In this document: positions 37,235-47,185 of the stretch, one piece after another
Layout: the number at the start of each line of letters is the position of its first letter
How positions within the stretch are numbered: the stretch's first letter is position 1
DNA from: a virus
Length of the DNA stretch: 64,000 nt
Reading direction: 5' to 3' (one strand)
Virus record (IMG/VR): IMGVR_UViG_3300045747_000058
Coordinates: 453-64,452 of that record
Translations under genes and position numbers: made by a program
Notes under the pieces: model-generated
Told to the model about the DNA's origin: nothing
The model's input: the letters and a program-made list of their open reading frames with translations, nothing else
Database searches by the model: none

Positions 37235-37645
37235 TTACAGACTGAAGATTTTGTAGACGCCGTTGTCCCACTGCACAGTGATGTCACCGCCGTTGGTAGC
37301 CAACGGGAACCCTACGATGGTGTCGATGAACGCCAACAGTGGGGAGGTCGCGGCAGAGCCGGTGTCCTTGTAGATCACCACGCCTTTGAGCGTGTCACCG
37401 GACGCTACGGTAGGCCATGTCGGGTCGGCGGCGTCGAAGATTCCGCTCGTAATCGCCTTAGACGCAAGGGTCTGCGGAGTGCCCACCACGTAGGCTGAAA
37501 GCTGGGAGTAGAACTCGTCAGTCGTCAGGATTGGCGTGTAGGTGCTCTTCACCAGCGCCACTCGAATAGTGTCGGTGTCGAGGGAAATCGAGTTGGAAGA
37601 ACTGAGCAGTTTTTCCTTACCTTTTGCGTATAGGGCGTTGGCCAT
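37235..37645 (-). CDS. Minor tail / fibre-associated protein
   Basis: MANALYAKGKEKLL...FDAAD...SPLLAFID...NGGDITVQWDNG family. AAGGAG RBS. Confidence 0.8.
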   Translation of the reverse strand: MANALYAKGKEKLLSSSNSISLDTDTIRVALVKSTYTPILTTDEFYSQLSAYVVGTPQTLASKAITSGIFDAADPTWPTVASGDTLKGVVIYKDTGSAATSPLLAFIDTIVGFPLATNGGDITVQWDNGVYKIFSL

Positions 37646-37668
37646 GGGAACTCCTTCGGTGTGGGGCT

Positions 37669-37696
37669 ATTCTAACTTAGAGCTTAGATTCGGCAA
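37669..37696 (-). promoter_or_regulatory. Sigma70-type promoter whose spacer contains motif copy 6 (ATCTAAGCTCTAA, 37677-37689)
   Basis: Minus strand reads TTGCCG-aatctaagctctaagt(16)-TAGAAT. Confidence 0.7.
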
Positions 37697-40600
37697 TTAC
37701 CCAGTGATCGACGCGAGGGTGCGGTGCTCACTAGTGATTGCCGAGAGAGTGCGGTGCTCGGGCGCGACTTCGATGCGGGTCGTGAGGGCGGGTACGACCA
37801 GGGTGGTGGACTCAGCGTTGACAATGATTACTCGGCGAGGGTCTCGGCCCTGCCCGCTCACACCCATCAGCGGCGTGAGCGCAGCCACAGCCAGGGCGCT
37901 GGATGCCATCGCCTTGCCGATGGCGACCACCGTCCCGACGGAGGACACGGCCACTGCGGTGGTGTCCATCAATACTTGGATGAACGCGGCAGCAGCGCTG
38001 CTTGATTGGGCGCTACCCTGCCCCGTCATTGCCACACCTTTGGTCATGGATGTGTCCACGGTGGATGTGGCGGATGGCGATGCGGCGAGCGAATGGACCA
38101 CACCCTTGTTCACGTCACCAGTAGCTGCTGCTTGAGACAGCATCGCAGCCGCGAGTGTCGACGCGAGTTTCAGCGACGATGAGGCCGCACTGGCAACTGC
38201 GGCCGGTGCGGCCAGCATGTTGACCTTCTGGTTGACCGCCGCCACGGAAGTAGCGGTGGCGGTGGCGGTGGCGGTCAGCGCGGTCGAGCTTGCAGCAGTA
38301 CCAGTCACAGTAGCCGTCGATACCATAGCCGCAGCCAGCGGCACCACGCCGTGGTTATCCATCGGCGCATCCACCGTAGAGGTGGCTTGCGCGGTAGCTG
38401 ACAGCCCCACCGTCAGCGCAGTTGCGCTAGTCGCTGAAGCCACCGCTGCAATGTCGGCGGCGAGTTGGTCTAGGTGCGGGCCAGCAGCCAGCGGCGCGGT
38501 CAGGGTGGCGACCGAGAATGCGGATGAGGCGAAGGTACCCAAGCTGCCCGACAAGGTCATCGTGCCAGTGGAGACGGACGTGATGTCGGACGCCAGGAAG
38601 ATCGGGCGCGCTATGGTCGGCGCAAACGCCGAGACTGCGGCAGCGTCAGCCGCGAGCGGTTTCCCGAAGGCACCAGTGGTCGGGGTGAGGGAGGCAGAGG
38701 CACCAGCGGCCGCAGTGAGCCTCGGGTCTCGGAGGAGTGAGGCGGTCGCCGTACTGGATGCAGTTGCGTCGGACGCGATGACCTGGGCGGTACCGGCCAC
38801 AGACGACAGGTCCGATGTGGACGTCGCCACAGCAGAAGCGCCTGATGCAAGTACTGGGTCGCGCAATAGGGTGGCTGAGAGGGCGGACGATGCTGCCGAT
38901 ACGGCGGCCACGGTAACCGCTGCGATACCTGCGAGACCGCTTACTGCGGTAAGCGCGGAAGAAGCGGCCGCTGCTAGTGGCGTATCAGAGCGCAGCGGGG
39001 TGAGTAGCCGGGTGGGATCGAAGCTGGCGATGAACCGGGGTACGCCAGTCGTGACGCGGGCGGCTGAGAACGTGGCACCCTGGAAGCTAAAGTACGGCCC
39101 GCCGAAGGTCACATATGCATTGCCAGTGACGCCCGACTTCACAGAGTCAGTGCCTGTCGCGTCCAGTGCACCGCCGACGAATATTCTGATCGTTGTGCCC
39201 GCGCGCGTCACAGCGACGTGGGACGGGCGGTCAATCGAGACCGGGGTCGTGCCGGTCAGCGAGAGGCCGGAACTCGTGTAGGTGATGAAACCGTCCAGCG
39301 AGGTCGCGATGGTGATGTCCCGGCCCGACATGACCGGCTGAGCGCCCAACGCGAGGAGGTCCGATCGGTACCAGAAGTCGATTGCAAAGTCGCCAGTCTG
39401 GACGTCAAGCGTGGTATCGATGAGGGCGGCGATACCGTGCACAGTCCCGTCCGCAGACGCAGGCACGACGATCGCGTTGCCCATGCCCGCGACGAGTTCT
39501 GTACCGACCCCGAAGGGTCCGCCGAACGTCGTAAGGGTCCGCGCGTAGTCGCTGCTGTCGTATATGCTGCCCGAGTTCTTTATGAACAGCGTCACGTACT
39601 TAGCAAACGGGTCGCCCACGAAGGTCGAACTGGCAGCGGGTGCTGTGGACAGTAGGAACTTTGACGCTGCCGCTGCGGACGCTTGCGCGGACCCAAGGAT
39701 ATTTACGTCCAGTACAACCCCATAGGCCACCCCGCCGGTGGCGCTTGCTGCCGAGCTTGCCGCCGTGGCCAGCGCGACAACAGGGACCACGCCACCACTC
39801 ACGGTGCTCGTGGCCACGGCCGTGGCGGCGAGTTTCACCCCTATGGACAGGGAGCCGATAGAGACGGACTCGGCCAGCGCATTGATGGACATGCTCAGCG
39901 TGCTGGCAGTCGTGAGTGCGGCCGTGAACGCTGACACCGCACCCGAGGTAGCCGTCAGGGGGACACTCTGCCCCAGGTTAGCTGTGGCAGTGGCTGTGGC
40001 GACCGCCGTCACCGCCATAGCGGACGGTATGCTCAGGTCTGCTGTTGTCGTGGCGCTCGCAGCAGCGTTTGCCGCCAGCACAGTGAACCCCGACACCGGT
40101 AACGGATAAATTTCTGCTGGCGTAGTTTCAGCCAGGAAGAACGGCCCGCCCAGCACGGGGGTAGCCCGGTCGATTAGCGCATTGAGGGTGAACGTCAGCC
40201 CGCGCATGCCCGCGAAGGCGGATGCGGCGAGGAAGATCGGGAACTTGATGTCAGAGTTAACGGAGGCTACCGCCTGCGCATTAGCGCCCAGCCGTTTAGA
40301 TGTAGTCCCGAAGTTCTCAAGCGCGGCGGCGAGCGTAGTGCGGGAGTTCGAGACCCCCACGGCGGCTGCTAGATTGTTAACTCCGATGCTCGTCGGGAAC
40401 GTCGCTGTCGGGACCGCAAACGCACCGGTGTAGCGGGCGATGCCCTTGGTGATTCGGAACTCGTCGATGTTGCCGACGAAGGTTGTGGTGGTGGTCCCTG
40501 GGCCAGCGCCAATGTAGAAGTTGTTGCCGTCGAAGCCGGTCTGAAGCCAGTTAATGTCCCCGGAAAAACCATAGCTCTGTGCGCCGTTGACATACATGAA

Positions 40601-41407
40601 CAGTCCCGGCGACGTTGCCGTACGGTTCACTACTAGCGCGACGTGGGTCCACACATTCAGGGGGACGGTGCCGCCTGTGCTTACGTTGACTGTGGCTGCT
40701 GCGTCGTTGATCTGCAGGGACCACGTCAGCACACCTGTCGAACTCATCACGAGGGAGTTCGATTCCTTCGAGCTAAACGACCCGAACCGCTGGAAGATGT
40801 AGTTGTTGGCGTTCGCGTACGAAGTCGGGCGAATCCAGAATTCAATGGTGTAGCTGTCTGACCCGATCTCATAGTCGGGACTCGACGGGAACGTGATGCC
40901 TGTACCCGCCGCACCCGAAGCGAGGGCGATGGACGATGCGCCGAACTGGAACTGCGCTACCGAGGTCGTCGCATTCGTCTGGGATATTGCAGTCTTGTTG
41001 TACGGGCTGGAGTCCGTGAACGTGGTGCCAGCATCGGTGCCCTCACCTTTGAGGAGCATGACCACGTATGGCCAGTACGAGTCCCCGGAATCTACGCCAC
41101 GCGCAAGCTGAATGTCCGCTGTGACCGTGGCGGATGAGGCGAGGTCAATGCTGAGCGGCAGGTATCCAGGCCATGCCATCGGCACCGACGCCGACGCCAC
41201 TGCGCTTGCTGCCAGGGTGATGTTGCCTCGGGTGGTCAGTCCAGCGGTCGCTGTCGAGGTCGCCTGCGGTGAAGCCTTCAGCGACCCGTTCACCGACACG
41301 GAGAAGAACGCGTCCGCCGCTACGACCGAGGACTGGCTGGCCTTGGTATGCTTTACAAGGTCGGTTGGATGTATCCGGCCTGACGGTTTGGCGCGCCAGA
41401 TACCCAT
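37697..41407 (-). CDS. Long fibre protein with two LamG/ConA-like domains and Ala/Thr-rich repeats
   Basis: 1236 aa. YTIEFWIRP...WTHVALV...IDEFRITKGIARY and FAIDFWYR...SHVAVTR...ARVTTG, between LAAxAxAxS repeats. Confidence 0.8.
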   Translation of the reverse strand: MGIWRAKPSGRIHPTDLVKHTKASQSSVVAADAFFSVSVNGSLKASPQATSTATAGLTTRGNITLAASAVASASVPMAWPGYLPLSIDLASSATVTADIQLARGVDSGDSYWPYVVMLLKGEGTDAGTTFTDSSPYNKTAISQTNATTSVAQFQFGASSIALASGAAGTGITFPSSPDYEIGSDSYTIEFWIRPTSYANANNYIFQRFGSFSSKESNSLVMSSTGVLTWSLQINDAAATVNVSTGGTVPLNVWTHVALVVNRTATSPGLFMYVNGAQSYGFSGDINWLQTGFDGNNFYIGAGPGTTTTTFVGNIDEFRITKGIARYTGAFAVPTATFPTSIGVNNLAAAVGVSNSRTTLAAALENFGTTSKRLGANAQAVASVNSDIKFPIFLAASAFAGMRGLTFTLNALIDRATPVLGGPFFLAETTPAEIYPLPVSGFTVLAANAAASATTTADLSIPSAMAVTAVATATATANLGQSVPLTATSGAVSAFTAALTTASTLSMSINALAESVSIGSLSIGVKLAATAVATSTVSGGVVPVVALATAASSAASATGGVAYGVVLDVNILGSAQASAAAASKFLLSTAPAASSTFVGDPFAKYVTLFIKNSGSIYDSSDYARTLTTFGGPFGVGTELVAGMGNAIVVPASADGTVHGIAALIDTTLDVQTGDFAIDFWYRSDLLALGAQPVMSGRDITIATSLDGFITYTSSGLSLTGTTPVSIDRPSHVAVTRAGTTIRIFVGGALDATGTDSVKSGVTGNAYVTFGGPYFSFQGATFSAARVTTGVPRFIASFDPTRLLTPLRSDTPLAAAASSALTAVSGLAGIAAVTVAAVSAASSALSATLLRDPVLASGASAVATSTSDLSSVAGTAQVIASDATASSTATASLLRDPRLTAAAGASASLTPTTGAFGKPLAADAAAVSAFAPTIARPIFLASDITSVSTGTMTLSGSLGTFASSAFSVATLTAPLAAGPHLDQLAADIAAVASATSATALTVGLSATAQATSTVDAPMDNHGVVPLAAAMVSTATVTGTAASSTALTATATATATSVAAVNQKVNMLAAPAAVASAASSSLKLASTLAAAMLSQAAATGDVNKGVVHSLAASPSATSTVDTSMTKGVAMTGQGSAQSSSAAAAFIQVLMDTTAVAVSSVGTVVAIGKAMASSALAVAALTPLMGVSGQGRDPRRVIIVNAESTTLVVPALTTRIEVAPEHRTLSAITSEHRTLASITG

Positions 41408-41412
41408 GGCGC

Positions 41413-42210
41413 TTATCCGTTCACGACTTCAAATTGCAGTTCGAAGAGACCGGTGGCTGTGGAGTCGGGTTGCACGATCGGCATGATCGCCGAGGTCTGG
41501 AAAATCTGCGGCATACCAGTTTTCAGGAAGTCGTGGACGTCGCCCATATTCGCAACGATCACGCGACCCTCCCAAATGCGCCGCAACACCAGTACGTTGA
41601 ACGTACCCACCGTGCTGACACTGGACGTGACCGACTCAATTTTCTGAACACCTGTATCGCCCGCCGCCAACGGTAGCTGCAACATACGGCCCACGATGGG
41701 CGCTACTGCGGTAGCGATCACGCCGGTAGTGTGTGCGGCTACACCCGCCTGATTGGTATACGTCACTGCGATACTCTGGTTACCAGTGAATGCCGTTACC
41801 GCTTCAATCCAGATTTCAGTGTTCGTGAAGTCTGTTCCGCCAAGCACGCGACCGGCGTAGCTAGGTTGGGCCGCAAGAGTGATCGCAGCATTGAACGCAA
41901 ATGCTCCTGCTTTGAATAGGCAGTCAAACAACTTTATGCGCGCTGGTACCGTACCGCCGAAGGTGACACCACCCATGTAGTAGTTGCCTGCGCCCAGGTT
42001 GTTGATGACCGGAAAACCGGCGTCTGTCCCGCCGACGGGTACGATCCCAGCAGCGGTAGATGTACCGGCCAACACACCAGCACCAGGGTTACCCGCTGCT
42101 TGTAACACCTGCGTGTTCATAAGCGCGATGGCGGTTACCGAAGCAGTTTTGTTGATGCTGACACGCTGCGCGGGCGCTGCGATGAAGCCATCCAAAGTGG
42201 TGATAGCCAT
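41413..42210 (-). CDS. Virion structural protein (fibre-associated)
   Basis: 265 aa, MAITTLDG...VTYTNQAG...LPLAAGDTGVQKIES. Confidence 0.7.
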   Translation of the reverse strand: MAITTLDGFIAAPAQRVSINKTASVTAIALMNTQVLQAAGNPGAGVLAGTSTAAGIVPVGGTDAGFPVINNLGAGNYYMGGVTFGGTVPARIKLFDCLFKAGAFAFNAAITLAAQPSYAGRVLGGTDFTNTEIWIEAVTAFTGNQSIAVTYTNQAGVAAHTTGVIATAVAPIVGRMLQLPLAAGDTGVQKIESVTSSVSTVGTFNVLVLRRIWEGRVIVANMGDVHDFLKTGMPQIFQTSAIMPIVQPDSTATGLFELQFEVVNG

Positions 42211-42401
42211 TACACAACTCCCCCGTTATCCAGTAGCCAAGCGTTGGCGGTATTCAGCGTCGCCACGATGGCCTCCACCCTGTGGTATGGGTGCCAGTCG
42301 GGCGTCTTCTCTATCACGATGCCGCGCGCATCCGTGTCAGCAGTGATGCTGATCTGGGTCGCCCCCGTCGCGTCATCAATTACCGTCCACGTGTTGCGCA
42401 T
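42210..42401 (-). CDS. Small hypothetical virion-module protein
   Basis: 63 aa from ATG 42401, TAATG coupling. Confidence 0.6.
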   Translation of the reverse strand: MRNTWTVIDDATGATQISITADTDARGIVIEKTPDWHPYHRVEAIVATLNTANAWLLDNGGVV

Positions 42402-42423
42402 ACGATCCACCTTAGAGAATAGA

Positions 42424-42894
42424 TTAGTTGTCGATCTGGAACGTCAAGCTGTTTGCAGGGAACGTCACGCTGTCACCCACGTTGATCGTCTTGGAGACAG
42501 TCAGCGCAGAGTAGATCAGCAGGTTACCGGCGGCGGCGGCGTCATAGATGCCCACACCGGTCACTGTGCCCCAGCCAGCTGGCGTGGGTGTCGGGAAGGT
42601 GATGATTGCTTGGTTGCGGGTTGTGCCGGTCACGCCGGAAGACGCAGCAGTAGTGCTGGCCTGCTGGGTGTTGTCCCATGCCGTCGTGGAGCTTGCCACG
42701 GCTACGCGCGCGTAGGCGTTACCTGTCACTTCGGTACCTGCGGTGGAGTCCGTCGGTGTCGTGGTCAGCAGTCCGATGTACAGGTTGGCGGGGCCAGTAC
42801 CTGCGGCAGCGGTTGCGCCAGTGATGTTGATTGCTTGGGCGCGAAAGAACCAATCAATCAGTTTATTTTCCAGAAAGTCCGACATAGCTGCCAT
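42424..42894 (-). CDS. Fibre/tail protein (MSDFLENKL family)
   Basis: MSDFLENKLIDW...LYIGLLTTTP...EVTGNAYARVAV...WGTVTGVGIYDAAAAGNLL. Confidence 0.8.
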   Translation of the reverse strand: MAAMSDFLENKLIDWFFRAQAINITGATAAAGTGPANLYIGLLTTTPTDSTAGTEVTGNAYARVAVASSTTAWDNTQQASTTAASSGVTGTTRNQAIITFPTPTPAGWGTVTGVGIYDAAAAGNLLIYSALTVSKTINVGDSVTFPANSLTFQIDN

Positions 42895-42905
42895 GATTAG
42901 CTCCT

Positions 42906-43178
42906 TTAGCGTTCAACGATTTTGAGGGTGATCGACCGGTCATCAACTCTGCCGCCGTTGGTCGTGATCCGGCAAGTCAGTGTCTCAGTGGTGCCTACGA
43001 CACCACCGGAAACAAAAGCAGTCGCGTTCGTCGTGCCAAACGACGAGGAGACTTTGGTAAGTCCCGCAGACACTACCCACTCAACCGTGAGGATCGTGTC
43101 GTTGAGGGGTAGGAGGTACGGTGCCCAGTCGAACGTGTAGTCGAGGACAGCGTTGGGGTCTTTTTTATATACGGCCAT
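42906..43178 (-). CDS. Fibre-tail adaptor-like protein
   Basis: KDPNAVLDYTFDW...GG..G...LTCRITTNGGRVDDRS. Confidence 0.78.
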   Translation of the reverse strand: MAVYKKDPNAVLDYTFDWAPYLLPLNDTILTVEWVVSAGLTKVSSSFGTTNATAFVSGGVVGTTETLTCRITTNGGRVDDRSITLKIVER

Positions 43179-43819
43179 CAAAGACCTCCATACGAAACAG
43201 CACCGACTGGTCGGCGTAGGCGGCTCTGCTCAACCTTCGCAGCTGCACAGTAGGCGACAAACGCGGCCTCGTGCTTCGCCGATTTCTGAGGGTCTTGCCC
43301 ATCGGTATCAGGGATGCTGTACGCCCGCTTCTTCACCCAGTCGAGGAGGTTGATATGGTGCTGGGCGTCGATCTCAAAGTCGTCACCGGCGACTACGTCG
43401 ACGGGCAGACGGAAAGTACGAAGCTCGACCACGCACGCAGTGTTGGGCTTTGGGTGCGCGCGGACGTACCCTTTTTCCATCCCAGTGATAAGCGCGCGAA
43501 GGGGTCCTTCGCGGCCGTCGAACTTCATGCCCTTTTCTCGCATCTTCTCGACGGCGACCAGGGGGACGTCGTTGCCCGTCGCAGAGTCGATGGCGTCACG
43601 CAGTTTCAAGATCGCGGGGTCGATGGCGTACCACTCAGTGCCGTCGGCCTTGATCATGAGCTTGAAACTGCGGGCATCTTCGATGCCGTAGGTCCACCGG
43701 CAGAACTGTTTCTGAGCGTCGTCGATGTACGTGTAGATCAGCGCATCGCTCCACAGATATGGAGCGGCGGTGTCAAACACCTCCGAACGAAACTGGTCCT
43801 TCAGTTCTGTCGTGTTCAT
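43178..43819 (-). CDS. Head-tail adaptor (podoviral tail adaptor-like)
   Basis: PYLWSDALIYTYIDDAQKQFCR. Position after the capsid genes. Confidence 0.72.
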   Translation of the reverse strand: MNTTELKDQFRSEVFDTAAPYLWSDALIYTYIDDAQKQFCRWTYGIEDARSFKLMIKADGTEWYAIDPAILKLRDAIDSATGNDVPLVAVEKMREKGMKFDGREGPLRALITGMEKGYVRAHPKPNTACVVELRTFRLPVDVVAGDDFEIDAQHHINLLDWVKKRAYSIPDTDGQDPQKSAKHEAAFVAYCAAAKVEQSRLRRPVGAVSYGGL

Positions 43820-43822
43820 GGT

Positions 43823-44197
43823 TTAGTCGTTGTCTTTGATCTTGAACGCGGTCCAGGCTGCATCGCGTTCTTTGTTCTGGACAGTCCAGCCAAGGATCGT
43901 AGAAAGCACCTTGGCATGCGGAGAGCCTGCGGCGGTGAAATCCTCGCGCTTACCGCGCAGAGTTATGGTCTCGAAGGCTTCGGAGATGGCCTGCTGGCGA
44001 ACAGAGGGGTCTGTCGGTTCGAGGGCTTCAGGGTTGGTCGCGGGGTCCATGTCCAACTCTTCCTCCGGCACAGCGCCTGCTGCCATGACCTCTTCGTACA
44101 TATTTGGAGGGACGTGCGTAAGCTCACCCTTTTTGAATTCGATGGCGTGGCCACTGGTGGACACGATGGTGCGATTGCGATGCATCACAAATTTCAT
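43823..44197 (-). CDS. Conserved phage hypothetical protein (DFTAAGSP/VLSTILGW)
   Basis: 124 aa with GGAG RBS, in the head module. Confidence 0.75.
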   Translation of the reverse strand: MKFVMHRNRTIVSTSGHAIEFKKGELTHVPPNMYEEVMAAGAVPEEELDMDPATNPEALEPTDPSVRQQAISEAFETITLRGKREDFTAAGSPHAKVLSTILGWTVQNKERDAAWTAFKIKDND

Positions 44198-44225
44198 TTT
44201 TAGTTTCTCCGTGCGGTTAGTAGAA

Positions 44226-44247
44226 GGACGGGGCCGAGGCCCCGTCC
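44226..44247 (-). terminator. GC-rich stem-loop after the capsid operon
   Basis: 9-bp stem GGACGGGGC/GCCCCGTCC with a weak U tract. Confidence 0.5.
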
Positions 44248-44258
44248 ACTCAGGTCAT

Positions 44259-44765
44259 TTATGCAATGACAGTTTCGTCGGCCTTGCCGTCGATGGTGTA
44301 GTTCACGCGGACGCGAACCTTTCCGGCGGTAGCAGTGGCAGTCAGACCGGCCGTGGTCAAGCGGATGTTGACGCCAGCGTTGCACAGCAGGGGCGCGGTC
44401 AGCAGCAATGCGGTGCGCGAGCCAGCAGCGGCAGCGTCCAAGTCCAGGGCGGATACCAGGGCAGCGGTGTTGCCAGCGACGCCCAGGTTCAGTGTCGCGC
44501 CAGCGCCGATGCCGACGAATGCGGTCTCGACGATGACTTCACCACCGGTGATCACTGCGCCGATAGGCATAGGGACCGCGTCGAGTACGACACCAGTGCC
44601 AGCGGTCAGGCCGGACACAACGGACGAAGGGTCGGCCAGGGCAACGGTGGAGCCGAAGGTAGTCTTCACTTGCGAGACGGAGTCGATGGCCCAGTCGTTG
44701 TAGTTGAAGACAAACTCGGCTGTCAGCTGACGCTGGACCGTACGGGTTGCGAGTAGTTTGCTCAT
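44259..44765 (-). CDS. Capsid cement / decoration-like protein
   Basis: 168 aa, beta-rich, immediately downstream of the major capsid gene. Confidence 0.65.
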   Translation of the reverse strand: MSKLLATRTVQRQLTAEFVFNYNDWAIDSVSQVKTTFGSTVALADPSSVVSGLTAGTGVVLDAVPMPIGAVITGGEVIVETAFVGIGAGATLNLGVAGNTAALVSALDLDAAAAGSRTALLLTAPLLCNAGVNIRLTTAGLTATATAGKVRVRVNYTIDGKADETVIA

Positions 44766-44779
44766 GGTGTGTTACCTCC

Positions 44780-45892
44780 TTATTGAGCGACGTAGCAAGA
44801 CAGCACGCCGAAGTCTTCGACAGCGCCGTTCTCGTAGATGTTTCCGAATTTAGGCTTCAGGAAACCGGCGATCTTGCCAACAGAGATGCCTTGCTGGTTG
44901 TCGTAGTCAAAGCCCTTTTCGTTCCATTCGGGTGCGCCGATGTCGGCCATGCCCATGGCTTGAGCGCCACAGAACAGGATTTGCGCGCCGTCGATGGTGC
45001 CGGTGCCGCCGTACTTGGAGCCGCTGGCAGCGCCAGTGGTGTTGGGCACGTGGCGGAACTCGTGCAGGTAGATGCCGTCGATCTTCACGGTGGAGCCGCT
45101 GAAGAGCTTGTCATTTACGCTGGAGTTCTGGCTGTAGCGCAAGTTGGCCATGTAGTCAGGGTCCATCTTCAGCTTGGCCATCGCCTGCGGTGTCAGGAAC
45201 GCATGGTAGGTTTCCTCGCCGCCCTCGCCGGTCACGCCACGGACGTAGCGGTCTTTGGCGTAAGCCTTGAGTTGCACGAACATGTTCCAGCTTGGGGTGT
45301 CACCGGCGATGATGGCAGACGAAGCGGCCGCAGGCACCAGGGTCTTTGCCACGCTATCCCAACGCAAGCGGCGGGCGTTCGAGGGGGCGGTCACATCACC
45401 GGCGAACTCCAGAAACTGGAGATCAGAGCCAATGCGGGCAGCGCCGTTGTTCTTAAACGCGTAGCTGCGGCCAGCCAAGGTCAGGAACGCCATCTGGTCA
45501 ATGCGGTCAGCCAGCCAGTAGGCGAGCACATCGCGGCTGTTGCCACGGAACTCGACGACGGACTTCTGGTCAGCCATACGGCCTTCGTGACGGTTGGCAT
45601 GACGCAGCTGGTCGATGCGAATCACTTGGTCGAAGGTTTGCATGCCCTCTTCGTTACCTTCCAGGGTGCGGTCGCCAGCGACGCCGTCACCAGTCAGGTC
45701 AGCCAGCAAAGTGATTACGGCGCGTGCGCCCTTCTCAGTCTTTTTCAGTTCAGTGATGTGCTGAACCATGCTGTTGGGACCCTTGCCCAGGAACTTGTTC
45801 ACGAACGACATGTTGCGGGCCTGTTTCCACAAGTCCATAGACCAGACGGTCTTTTGCTCGCTTGTCAGCAAGCCGAAGTTGGTTAGTGCCAT
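44780..45892 (-). CDS. Major capsid protein (N4-gp56/P22-coat-like HK97 fold)
   Basis: 370 aa. LTGDGVAGDRTLEGNEE, IRIDQLRHA and GIYLHE motifs. AAGGAGG RBS. Confidence 0.92.
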   Translation of the reverse strand: MALTNFGLLTSEQKTVWSMDLWKQARNMSFVNKFLGKGPNSMVQHITELKKTEKGARAVITLLADLTGDGVAGDRTLEGNEEGMQTFDQVIRIDQLRHANRHEGRMADQKSVVEFRGNSRDVLAYWLADRIDQMAFLTLAGRSYAFKNNGAARIGSDLQFLEFAGDVTAPSNARRLRWDSVAKTLVPAAASSAIIAGDTPSWNMFVQLKAYAKDRYVRGVTGEGGEETYHAFLTPQAMAKLKMDPDYMANLRYSQNSSVNDKLFSGSTVKIDGIYLHEFRHVPNTTGAASGSKYGGTGTIDGAQILFCGAQAMGMADIGAPEWNEKGFDYDNQQGISVGKIAGFLKPKFGNIYENGAVEDFGVLSCYVAQ

Positions 45893-45904
45893 GTGGCACC
45901 TCCT

Positions 45905-46026
45905 TTTAGATCGAAGTTAGAGATAAGAAATCACAACGTCGAATATCGCCCCGACAAGCGAGAGTGGTAGGTGCTATCGTGACCTTACCTGAACCGTATG
46001 TTGCGCATTCTAATCTAAATTAGAAC
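45905..46026 (-). promoter_or_regulatory. Putative capsid promoter region with TCTAA half-sites
   Basis: Minus strand TTCTAATTTAGAT-TAGAAT (good -10, poor -35), plus CTCTAACTTCGATCTAA just before the RBS. Confidence 0.5.
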
Positions 46027-46039
46027 GGCGTTCGATCTA

Positions 46040-47185
46040 CTATGCGACGGTTGCCCCGCGTGGCACAAAAACATCCACGGATAGCCCGTTAATACCGGCA
46101 CCGCCGTTGCCTGCGGCGAATATGCGGCCGTCGCTCATCAGCTTCACGGTGGGCGTCTCGGACGGCACCGGGACGCCAGTGATCGCAGAAAACGTGTTCA
46201 CGACCGTGCCGTTCCCGCTGACGATCAGCGCGCGGTAGTACGTGGTGCTGTAGATGTACAGGAGCAGTGCGCTGGTTCCTGATGTCTGGCACATGGACAT
46301 GAACTGCGCAAAAGTGCCAGAGACAAATGTCTTCGCTGTACCGAGGGTGAACACTCCAGCTGCAACGGACCACGGCACCACGCCAAACACAGAAGTAGTC
46401 TGGTTGTAGTACGCGATCAGTCCGCCAGTGGCCGACGTCGCAATGAACGCCGCAGGGGTGCCGAGCGTGAACGCAGCCGACGCCGTCCCAAATGCGGGGG
46501 TTGTGCCCGTGAGGGTTATGTCCACCATCTGGAAGCTGTTGGTCCCTGTGGTGGCGACGCACACGACCTCGGTCGCGGACAGCTGCGCCAAAAATAGCTG
46601 GCTTGATGCGACGAGGAACGCGCTCACCACGCCGACGCCGGGAGTGATGACGGAGGTCGTGTGGGCGATGTGTTTTGCGGCCAGGACGTTCCCCGCCGTG
46701 TGATACACGCATAAGGATGCGGCGGCGGAAAGGCCAACTGTGTATATGCCGTTGCCAGGGGCGACCAACGTGATCACTTCAGGCCCTACACTGATCCGGT
46801 CGTTGGTGAGGTCGATGATTACCCCGCCCCCGTAATTGGCCGTAGTTACGGTGTACGTCACCCGGTACCCGACGAACACATGCGTGGCGTCGATCACGGT
46901 CTCGGTACAGACCAAGTTCCCCCCAGTACCGGGGGTAGGGAATGCGACGATGCGACAGGATACGAGTTTTACGCGCGTGCCGTCGACTGCGAATAAGTAA
47001 GCGGCGTACCACTTACTTGTTGTACGCGCGGAGAGCACAAGCACTCTGGTGGGGGACAGCACGGAGACCACGGTGTTCTGGCACGGCAGCGCGACCTCGT
47101 GGAATGCATGCTGGGCGTAGGCGTGGTCGGACCCGACTTCGGCGCGAGCCTCCCCCGTGATCAGGTGAAAGTTCGCATTGAACAT
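46040..47185 (-). CDS. Beta-propeller-like receptor-binding / fibre tip protein
   Basis: 381 aa with repeated ~48-aa units (VLSPTRVLV, GLSAAASLCVY, QLSATEVVCV, ATSATGGLIAY, QTSGTSALLLY, LMSDGRIFA). Confidence 0.62.
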   Translation of the reverse strand: MFNANFHLITGEARAEVGSDHAYAQHAFHEVALPCQNTVVSVLSPTRVLVLSARTTSKWYAAYLFAVDGTRVKLVSCRIVAFPTPGTGGNLVCTETVIDATHVFVGYRVTYTVTTANYGGGVIIDLTNDRISVGPEVITLVAPGNGIYTVGLSAAASLCVYHTAGNVLAAKHIAHTTSVITPGVGVVSAFLVASSQLFLAQLSATEVVCVATTGTNSFQMVDITLTGTTPAFGTASAAFTLGTPAAFIATSATGGLIAYYNQTTSVFGVVPWSVAAGVFTLGTAKTFVSGTFAQFMSMCQTSGTSALLLYIYSTTYYRALIVSGNGTVVNTFSAITGVPVPSETPTVKLMSDGRIFAAGNGGAGINGLSVDVFVPRGATVA

